The notes under the pieces: model-generated
Database searches by the model: none
What the model was told of the DNA's origin: nothing
Seen by the model: only the letters and a program-made list of their open reading frames with translations
Position numbers and translations under genes: made by a program
Shown: in pieces, positions 12,854-24,100 of the stretch
Layout of the letters: every line of letters starts with the position of its first letter
Numbering within the stretch: position 1 is the stretch's first letter
NCBI GenBank assembly: GCA_020137815.1
Contig: CM035358.1
Location: 6,944,001 to 7,008,000 of the forward strand
DNA from: Hormiphora californensis
Taxonomy: Eukaryota; Animalia; Ctenophora
Direction of reading: 5' to 3'
Length of the DNA: 64,000 bases

Positions 12854-13344
12854 ATACCGATAGTGCTCAATCGACGGGGCGAGGGCATGGACTATTATTT
12901 AGCAGCATCAGTAACTACATCCATTACTATTGAACATTTACCATGGACATTGTGGCCGAGAGTACAGACAATTTAATATGTAATTGTGTTGTGTGATAGA
13001 ACTCTATAGTCCTTCCCAATCGTGTAAAATAAAGGCTATTTTGGGAAATCTCGGGGCCGGGGGGGGGGGGGGGGGTTCAACACCTGTTCCAATGTGACCA
13101 TAATGGTACCCCAAATCACATCCTAAAAGTATACGACTCTAAAGTCGGATTTTTTGAAACTGTCGCACCCCTGAAATAACAAAATTTGTCATATCTCCGA
13201 TTCATGATAAGATAGAGACTTGAAATTTGGAGGTTCGGAAGAACTTAGCAAGATCTTCGTAACCTCCAAATTTCAAGTCTCTATCTCATCAGGAACCGGA
13301 CTTATGGTCATTTAAAGAAATTTGAAAACTAAAAAACGACAGTT

Positions 13345-14178
13345 GGGGGGGACATGTTAATTTTGTTAACTTTGTTAATATTAACATCGAAAAAATAGGT
13401 GATTTATTAACATAATTAACAAAAGTTAACAAACATTAACAAATGCCATTTATACCATCTAAAGTCCCTTTAGCACGTGTTTTTTGGTATTACACTTGCT
13501 GCATGTTGTTCTGCGAACAAAGATATTCCTTCTGCATGATTTTCATGCCCCTAAGCCGTCTACTACAGCCTTCCCACAACGATTTGTTCCATTTTGCAAA
13601 TTTTAACAAAAATTAGCCAAACTGAACTATGTACAATTGAAGTCAAATGACACTAATTCACATTTTCCAACCTCAAAAACTTAATAAGACTCATGAATTT
13701 ACCTTCAATCGAAAAATATCCCAAAAATAATTTTTTCTAAAAAAACACAAGGATTTGTAGCGAAGCAAATTTTCAATCTTTAACAAAAAAAACGATTTTG
13801 GGATTTTTTTTTCTTATTTTTCGAACAGAAACGTTGTGCATCACTTTCTCTCGTCTGAAGAATGGATTATCAATGAAAAAATCACATTCAAGTGACATTT
13901 TAGACGCTAAATTGAAATATTCGTACCTTTTAATTTTCATCAATATGGATCCAAAAACCTTGTATTTTGGACTTTGGATATCGGAGGAGGCCTTGCATGG
14001 GTATACAAACGTTAGATAAGTCATTAAACTATAAAATTAAACCAGTTAAAGTCGTATTATCAACCGATAACTTCAATATTTTGGGATTTGTTAATTTTGT
14101 TAATTTTGTTAATTAACGTTAATTAACAAAATCGGAAAAAAGAGGTGATTTATAAACAATTAACATGTCCCCCCCCCC
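13345..14178. mobile_element. G-run-terminated MITE (Merlin-like), no TSD retained
   Basis: GGGGGGGACATGTTAATT...AATTAACATGTCCCCCCC, with subterminal GTTAATTTT repeats. Confidence 0.8.
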
Positions 14179-14891
14179 GTGTAGCCAAGAGAGGAGAGTT
14201 GGTTGTAAGCGGCCCACTGATCTGTGTGTATAGTAGTACCGGGAAGGACATGTCGTTGTATCAGGGGCAGAAGGGTTCCAGCATCTCGTCGGTTCAGGGG
14301 GCACTGGATCAGAAAACAATGGCCTGTTCTGCGACAAACGCCTCCTAGGACCCACGCTCCTTCCCGAAGAGTTCCACGATTGTATTTCCTCCGTCCCATC
14401 ATCGCTTCATCTAACTCAACTATTTCGCCAGGTCCCCCGATCGGTTGAGGGTTGTTGAGGATCCAAATTGCTACTGCTTCTAGGAGGGAAGCCTTCCACT
14501 CGGTTACAGATTTCCGGGACAATCCTGTGTACGCTGCTGTGTCTACATTCGTCAGGTTCTTGGAACTGAAGCAGTAGAGAAGTTGTAGTAGGCTGGAGAA
14601 TGGTATCTTGGAATTTGACAGGTAGGAACCGAAACGGCAGCTTTTGGTCTTACTGCATCCAGTAGCTGAGCAACGGAAAATCCACAAGTCAGGTGATTTT
14701 GTAGCAGAGCAGGGTTTAAGGATCATGGTACTGGTGCAGGCACATTGGACTGTAGTGAGGAGGATCCCCTTCTGAAGCAGGAATTGCCGGGAGGACTCCT
14801 CGTCCTTGGTGATAGTCATCATCTCGGAGAAGATTCCAGGTGAAGAGGGTTGAGAAGGCATAACTGATGTTGATACTAAGACTGTAAACAC
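14179..14891 (-). pseudogene. Truncated Merlin / ISXO2 (IS1016/IS1595-like) DDE transposase
   Basis: Zn-ribbon-like Cys pairs, then IVELDEAMMGRRKYNRG...WVLGG...TLLPLIQRHVLPGTTIHTDQWAAYNQL. Cut by the MITE before the catalytic Glu segment. Confidence 0.9.
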
Positions 14892-15296
14892 TCAACTATA
14901 TATACTAACTGCTGTGCAATCAAACGTCACAGGGAATTCGTATAGACATGAGGATTACCATGTCTAGCACTATTGTTAGTCGTCACCCACCTCATTATAT
15001 AGGCGGTCCCCGGTGTCACTGTCTCCGACGCTATTATAAGTCTCACATCTGATAATTACTATGGCTGTCTCACATGTAAAATATGGTCCCTTAACTTTCT
15101 AGGGTCCTTAAAAGGGTCCCTTAAAGGGTCCCTTAACCGGTCGGGCTTCTTCTCACCTGCCAGTAAAAAATTACCCGTAATGGTGAGTATTACTTACTGA
15201 GTAACTTACCCGGTGAGCTGTCAGGCCTCTGACCACAGTTCTCTTGACGAAATGAGAGGGTCAGGTCAATGCTCTGACAGCCAGTGTGTAACTTAC

Positions 15297-18200
15297 CCGA
15301 TGTGTAACTTTCTCCAGGAGATGTCCGATTATTCGTTTCAGTAACTCCGCCTCAATATTATGTAACTCCGACATGGCCATGACCAACTTTAGTGCTAACT
15401 CCTGTGTAGATTGTTAAGGAATTGATTTTGTAGTACTAAAATATCTACTTCTCTTCTGCATTGATACTGGTAACACATAGCAAATAAAAGAAAGAGTAAA
15501 GGAATGGCAACCATGAAAACCGAACCATTTAACCAAATATGTTAACCATGGTAACCCAGCCCTACCTGAACGCATATGTTAACCATGGTAACCCAACCCT
15601 ACCTGAACGCATATGTTAACCATGGTAACCCAGCCCTACCTGAACGCATATGTTAACCATGGTAACCCAGCCCTACCTGAACATATATGGTAACCATGGT
15701 AACCCAACCCTACCTGAACGCATATGTTAACCATGGTAACCCAACCCTACCTGAACGCATATGTTAACCATGGTAACCCAACCCTACCTGAACGCATATG
15801 TTAACCATGGTAACCCAACCCTACCTGAACATATATGTTAACCATGGTAACCCAGCCCTACCTGAACATATATGGTAACCATGGTAACCCAACCCTACCT
15901 GAACATATATGGTAACCATGGTAACCCAGCCCTACCTGAACATATATGTTAACCATGGTAACCCAACCCTACCTGAACATATATGGTAACCATGGTAACC
16001 CAACCCTACCTGAACATATATGTTAACACAGCTGGGAGGGTTACACTCCTGCCATGGGAAGCTGGTGGGTAAAAGGAATTGTTCGATGTCACCAAACAGG
16101 AAGGATTCCTTACTGCTTACATACTTCTCGAATATGCTGAGGATAGGATAGTTATACACGAAACGGTTACAGGTTAAATTACAGGTTAAGTTATGTAGTT
16201 AACCAGAACTGGACTAAAGGGGTTTTAGAGCTCAACTAGGACTGAAATGAACAGATTGAACTAATATTCAAATTATTCAATTATCTAATTGTAATCAACT
16301 AACTAAAATAAGGAACTCACCTTTTCTCCAGGGTGCTGTACCGCTCAATGCTCTTATTCTCAATCTCATAATCACTCCCCTTTATGTAGCCATGTGATAT
16401 AAATGTCTCCAGCAGTAGGGGGATTATCGTCATCATTGTGTGGCGACAGTTACCTGGTGGTAGGGAGGGGGGGGTCTCATGTTGGTTTTGTTGTTTTTGT
16501 TGTTTTTGTTGGTACGCGAATTATGTACTAACAAACCGCATATAGGTATACTACCAACAAACACCAACAAAACCAACAAAAGTTATTTTTGTTAGTTTTG
16601 TTTGTTAGTTTTGTTGGTTTTGTTAGTACTAACAAAACTAACAAAATTAACAAAACTAACAAAACATTTTGTTGGTTTTGTTTGTTAGTTTTGTTGGTTT
16701 TGTTAGCACTAACAAAAACTAACAAAACATTTTGTTAGTTTTGTTTGTTAGTTTTGTAGAGATTTGTTAAAGTTTTGTTGACTCAACAAAACAACAAATC
16801 TCAACAAACTAACAAACCTCAACAAAACAACAAATCTCAACAAACTAACAAATCTCAACACAACCAACAAATCTCAACAAAACAACCAATCTCAACAAAC
16901 TAACAAATCTCAACTCAACCAAAAAATCTAAACAAAACAACAAATCTTAATAAAACAACAAATCTCAACAAACTAACAAATCTCAACAAACCAACAAATC
17001 TCAACAAAACAACAAATCTCAACAAACTAACAAATCTCAACTCAACCAAAAAATCTCAACAAAACAACAAATCTCAACAAAACAACAAATCACAACTCAA
17101 CCAACAAATCTCAACAAAACAACAAATTTCAACAAACTAACAAATCTCAACTCAACCAACAAATCTCAACAAACTAACAAATCTCAACTCAACCAACAAA
17201 TCTCAACAAAACAACAAATCTCAACAAATCTCAACAAAACAACAAATCTCAACAAAACAACAAATGTCAACAAAATAAAAAATCTCAACAAAACAAATCT
17301 CAACAAACCAACAAATCACAACAAAACAACAAATCTCAACAAAACTTCATTAAGATTTGTTGTTTTGTTGAGATTTGTTGTTTTGTTGAGATTTGTTGGT
17401 TGTGTCGAGATTTGTTAGTTTGTTGAGATTTTTTGGTTTGTTGAGATTTGTTGGTTGTGTTGAGGTTTGTTAGTTTGTTGAGATTTGTTGTTTAGTTGAG
17501 ATTTGTTAGTTTGTTAAGATTTGTTGTTTTGTTGAGATTTGTTGGTTGTGTTGTGATTTGTTTTTTGTTGAGATTTGTTGTTTTGTTGAGATTTGTTGGC
17601 TGAGTTGAGATTTGTTAGTTTGTTGAGATTTGTTGTTTTGTTGAGATTTGTTGGTTGTGTTGAGATTTGTTAGTTTGTTGACATTTGTTGTTTTGTTGAG
17701 ATTTGTTGTTTTGTTGAGATTTGTTGTTTTGTTGAGATTTGTTAGTTTGTTGAGATTTGTTGTTTTGTTGAGATTTGTTGGTTGTGTTGTGATTTGTTAG
17801 TCCTTTGTTATAATATTATTTTTGTTAGTCACAAACAAAGCCAACAAAATTAACAAACAAAACCAATAAACCAACATAACCAACAAACAAAACCAACAAA
17901 ACCAACAAACCAACAAAACCAACAAACAAAACCAACAAAATAAACAAACAAAACCAACAAAACCAACAAACAAACAAAACCAACAAACAAAACCAACAAA
18001 CAAAATTTTTGTTATGTTTGTTTTGTTTGTTGGTGCCAAAAAAACGTCCATACTACCAACAACCAACATGAGACCCCCCCCCCCCCCCGTAGGGAGGGAG
18101 TTGATTAAGAGGGAGTAGGGAAGGGAGGGAGGGAGTTGTTGAGAATTAGGGGGTTGTGGGGAGTTGTTGAGTAAGGGAGTAGGGAGTAGGGAAGGGAGGG

Positions 18201-20991
18201 AGGGAGGGAGTTGATTAAGGGAGTAGGGAGTAGGGCGGGAGTAGGGAGTTGTTGAGTAAGGGAGTAGGGAGTAGGGCGGGAGTAGGGAGAAGGGAGGGAG
18301 GGAAGATAGTGAGTTGTTGAGTAAGGGAGTAGGGAAAGGAGTAGGGAAGGGAGTAAGGAACTGAAATTATATCAGCAGGACAAACATGAAATTACCTAGA
18401 ACAAGAACTAATCTCTCCTCCGCTGTTGTTTTGGTTGGTTGGTCAATGTCTCCTCCCCCACCATTAGAAGTTATACTTGCATCTTTCTGGAAAATGTAGC
18501 AGAATGTCAGCAGGGGAAAAGTGTCCGGCATCTATCTATCTACCTCGTCCCCTAGATCAGACACACTCCCTCTTTTTAGTAAATTTAACAATCTCTATTC
18601 TCTCTCCTAAGTAAAAGTAATGATCTCTCTATTCTCTCTCCTTAGTAAAGGTAATGGTCTCTCTATTCTCTCTCCTTAGTAAAAGTAATGATCTCTCTAT
18701 TCGGAGGGGGGCCGGCTGAAGTTTTTGAAGTTTTTGAAGTCAACTTCAAAAACTTCAAAGAGAAACTTAGGGTGGAAAACTTCAAAAACTTCAAAAACTC
18801 ATATCACCCCCTGTCCGGAGTACTGCTTTTTTTTTCTCTGTGTGTGTGTTGCAACACTGGAATCGTGCGCGTTCAGGGCATGTTTCAAGTTCCACGTGTC
18901 ATAGCGCAGCCACTAATTAGATTAAGGAATAATCATTCACACTAGGTTCAAGCCCAGACAATTCCTAACACTCTGGATCAAACCCGAACTTGAATGGATA
19001 AACACAAGCTAGGTTATGGGCTCTTTTGTAAAAGTTGTCATGATTTTGTACACCACGATATTTGTCAACCTAGACAACTTCTCCGGCTCACTGAGAGAGT
19101 AATACCCCGAAAATAAAAAAAAGGTGAGATATGTCCATCTGGAAATTGTCTGCTGAAGAAGTTAGTGAAATTCTTTTTGAAAACCGACATAAAATGTGGA
19201 CAGTAGAGATGCGGGATGGACATAATGCTCATAATTCGTGTGGTGCGTCACAGTGCTGACACATTGAAGTTTAGAGAGTACTGCTTTTTCCGGAGTACTG
19301 CTTTTTCTCTCTCTGCCATGAGAGCGCGTAGGGGGGCTGTGTGTGAGGACTGTGAGTGTGTCGGGGTGTATCCAGACTGTGTAGAAGTGTGTGGTTACAT
19401 TCTGTCTCTTACACGATTTAGTGTACCGAATATTACAAGACTAGAATGTTATAATTATACGTGTCACACAATGCTTTTCCCTCAGCTCTCCTGACCCATT
19501 TCTCAACCAATATCTGCTACCTCATCGCTCAATTATCCCATCACTCACAGCAAACCTATACCGTTGTAACCTCACCATCAGCTACCCAATCTCTCTGCTA
19601 CTCCATCGTTTAGCTACCCTACCCTTAGAGTTAGCTAATCCACCAGTTAGCTACCCCACTGCCCTGATCCCCTCATCTATTTCATCTCTCAGCTATCATA
19701 CTGCTCAGCTACCCTGCCCTGCTAGGTATACATCAGATCTTAATGGATGCCAGTAAAGCCCCTCCTCCCCCAAGATGTCCCTCAGACCTCATTAGATACC
19801 TCTGACCCTCCTAGATACTCTCGAGATAATGTAGCAGGCTCTGAGGGGTATCTACTAGTATGTAAGGAGTATCCAATGAAGTTTGCGGTATCTATATCTC
19901 AAATACGCCTGCCAGAATGTCTCAAATTTTGTTCTATACCTCTAAAAACCCCTATAGTAGAGTCGATAACTACATCGACCTCTCCCAATTGTTCCAGTTT
20001 TTGTCACATCTGTTTGGAGCCTCGACACGACCTCTAAACAGGTGTTACTTTTTCACAAACTGTTTTCATCTTGGTGTAATCAGCAGTTGAGATGTTGCTG
20101 ATCATAACAAAAACCTGACTAAATTTTTTCAACTTGGGGTAAAACCATGGGTGTCAAAAGTTAGCTCTAGGTCCCCTGAGTAACCAACTGGAGACTCCAA
20201 GAGATATTTCAAGCCGTTCTCATGTAATCATTAATCCCGGTAGAGCACATATTTGAGTATGGACGTACGTGCAATTGCCTACAACCTCAACTTTAATGTA
20301 TAACGTTAATGTGCGTCTCTCTCTTTTCTCCCCCTTGAGAAAGAGTTATCTCGCGCGGCGCAACCGCACGTGCGGTTTTTCCAGAGAGAGTGAGAGACAT
20401 ACAATAACATGTAAACAGCCTGCCAGCGCTCACGTACGTCCGCATTGTATTTTTTTCTCCACCGGGATTAATGATTACGGGAGAACGGCTTGGAATATCT
20501 CTTAGAGTCTCCGGATGGTTACTCAGGGGACCTAGAGCTAACTTTTGACACCCATGGTTTTACCCCAAGTTGAAAAAATTTAGTCAGGTTTTTGTTATGA
20601 TCAGCAACATTTCAACTGCTGATTACACCAAGATGAAAACAGTTTGTGAAAAAGTAACACCTGTTTAGAGGTCGTGTCGAGGCTCCAAACAGATGTGACA
20701 AAAACTGGAACAATTGGGAGAGGTCGATGTAGTTATCGACTCTACTACTAGATACTCCTATTTTCTTCATAGAAACCACGCACCAGACTCTAATATCTTA
20801 TGAGGTGCCCCTCAAAAAACTATTAGACATCCCTAAAACAATTATAGATACCATAGAAATCATTAGATACTCCTTAGACCATAATTCTAGATACCCCTCC
20901 TCCCGTAAGGTCCCATGCAAGAGCAGGGTTAAATCCCCCGGGCCCGGATCTTGTTGGATCTGAAGGCTCTCTCTCTCTTTCTCTCTCTCCC

Positions 20992-21069
<78 letters not shown>

Positions 21070-21091
21070 GTTTCGGAAATTGAGAAAAAGA

Positions 21092-21179
<88 letters not shown>

Positions 21180-24100
21180 CAGAGAGAGAGATGAGATGGT
21201 GAAGAGACGGCTGAAAATTGGTTCTGATAGCCGGAATAATATAGTCAGAGTAGCAGTCAGTGTAGTATAGGGTCTGAGAGATTTCTAGAATTCTAGGAGG
21301 CTCTGAGGGGCATCTAGAATGGTCTAAGGAGTATCTGATGATTTCTATGAAGAAAATAGGAGTTTCTAGGGGTTTTTAGAGGTATATACCCTGCTAACTT
21401 AAATAACCCGCCAGTCCCGCTAGCGCGCTCTCAATAAACAGCCAGTCCAGCGGCAGATTATTTCCCACTGGCAGGTTATTTATTTTGAACATTCAAAGTG
21501 TGTGTAAATGATCAGTTCTTACTAAAATACAGAGGGAACACTATGTGCAACACTTACACACTACATTGGAGAGAAAGAAAGGACACATTCCGTCAATTAT
21601 CTCCCCTTTTGTCTCACTATCTCTTCCTCTGTGTTATGTGTGACATGCCCCTTATCAGGCTATTTCTTTCACTCTCTTTCCTTAGCAACTGCTTAGTAAC
21701 TGTTACCAAACAGTGTACACTCAATTGTGAGGTGTTTTAACTATTTCTCAGTCCTCTTTGAGTGTTTTGATTAGCGGCGCGCTGGGAGAAAATATATAGA
21801 ACAAAATTTGAGAGACATTCTGGCAGGCGTATTTGAAATATAGATACCGCAAACTTTATTGGATAATCCTTACACACTAGTAGATATATCCCTCAGAGCC
21901 TGCTACATTATCTCGAGAGTATCTAGGAGGGTCAGAGGTATCTAATGAGGTCTGAGGGACATCTTGGGGGAGGAGGAGGAGGGGCTTTACTGGCATCCAT
22001 TAAGATCTGATGTATACCTAGCAGGGCGGGGTAGCTGAGCAGTATGATAGCTGAGAGATGAAATAGATGAGGGGTTCAGGGCAGTGGGGTAGCTAACTGG
22101 TGGATTAGCTAACTCTAAGGGTAGGGACTTGGGTAGCTAAACGATGGAGTAGCAGAGAGATTGGGTAGCTGATGGTGAGGTTACAACGGTATAGGTTTGC
22201 TGTGAGTGATGGGATAATTGAGCGATGAGGTAGCAGATATTGGTTGAGAAATGGGTCAGGAGAGCTGAGGGAAAAGCATTGTGTGACACGTATAATTATA
22301 ACATTCTAGTCTTGTAATATTCGGTACACTAAATCGTGTAAGAGACAGAATGTAACCACACACTTCTACACAGTCTGGATACACCCCGACACACTCACAG
22401 TCCTCACACACAGCCCCCCTACGCGCTCTCATGGCAGAGAGAGAAAAAGCAGTACTCCGGAAAAAAGCAGTACTCTCTAAACTTCAATGTGTCAGCACTG
22501 TGACGCACCACACGAATTATGAGCATTATGTCCATCCCGCATCTCTACTGTCCACATTTTATGTCGGTTTTCAAAAAGAATTTCACTAGCTTCTTCAGCA
22601 GACAATTTCCAGATGGACATATCTCACCTTTTTTTGATTTTCGGGGTATTACTCTCTCAGTGAGCCGGAGAAGTTGTCTAGGTTGACAAATATCGTGGTG
22701 TACAAAATCATGACAACTTTTACAAAAGAGCCCATAACCTAGCTTGTGTTTATCCATTCAAGTTCGGGTTTGATCCAGAGTGTTAGGAATTGTCTGGGCT
22801 TGAACCTAGTGTGAATGATTATTCCTTAATCTAATTAGTGGCTGCGCTATGACACGTGGAACTTGAAACATGCCCTGAACGCGCACGATTCCAGTGTTGC
22901 GACACACACACAGAAGAAAAAAAAGCAGTACTCCGGACAGGGGGTGATATCTCCTAAACCGTTGGAGATAGGCCCTATGTTGCTTCATAACTCTTATATA
23001 AAGTTGCATATTCCGAACAAGATGCACCCCTTTAAAAAGCCTATAGTCACTCATAAACCATTAAAACTGGTCTAGCCCAAAAAAAGTCATGCGCACACAC
23101 AAAATTATGAAAATATCCCATTATTCCTCGAATTAGATGAGATGGAGACTTCATTTTGGCACGTACCCCCACTAACTCGAGGCCGCTGATGATTTTAGTG
23201 TCCATATTTTTTTCACTACTCCCTTCATAAAAAATTTGCATTTTGTGAAACTGGCAAAGAGGGTGTGGCCCCAAAAAAAATTTGAAAATTTACTTCATAA
23301 TTTTTTAACACTTTCTTAGCATTTTCTAGGCAATTTTTTGAGTTATGGAATGAAAATAAAATCAGTTTTTACAAAAAATTTAAATTTTTTACACCAAATT
23401 GTGCCATGGATTTCACGGCTAGGAATCATTGTAAATATCCTAATTTTCGGTAGAAAAAGGGCAGACAAGGACGGATAACTTTGCCACACTATGTATTAAG
23501 CATGAAACTAACCTAAACAAGTGTAATAATAGTCACTGATAGCATATAAAAGTAGTTTAGAGTTTTTGAAGTTTTTGAAGTCAACTTCAAAAACTCAAAA
23601 AGTAGGGTGGAAAACTTCAAACTTCAAAAACTTCAGCCGGCCCCCCCCTCTATTCTCTCTCCTTAGTAAAAGTAATGATCTCTCTATTCTCTCTCCTTAG
23701 TAAAAGTAATGATCTCTCTATTCTCTCTCCTTAGTAAAAGTAATGATCTCACTATACCTCGTCTCCTAGATCAGTTAGCTTCTTCAGGCAGTATCTCTCC
23801 CTCTCCTTAGTAAAATTAATGATCTCTCTATTCTCTCTCCTTAGTAAAACTAATGATCTCACCTCGTCTCCTAGATCAGTTAGCTTCTTCAGGCAGTATC
23901 TCTCCCTCTCCTTAGTAAAATTAATGATCTCTCTATTCTCTCTCCTTAGTAAAACTAATGATCTCACCTCGTCTCCTAGATCAGTTAGCTTCTTGAGACA
24001 GTATCTCTCCCTCTCTTTAGTTAATTTAACAATCTCTATTCTCTCTCCTTAGTAAAAGTAATGATCTCACCTCGTCTCCTAGATCAGTTAGCTTCTTGAG

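Larger units (their letters stand above)
18703..23647. mobile_element. Merlin-like MITE expanded by nested insertions
   Basis: TIR GGGGGGCCGGCTGAAGTTTTTGAAG; 8-bp TSD CTCTATTC (18695-18702 / 23648-23655). Confidence 0.9.
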
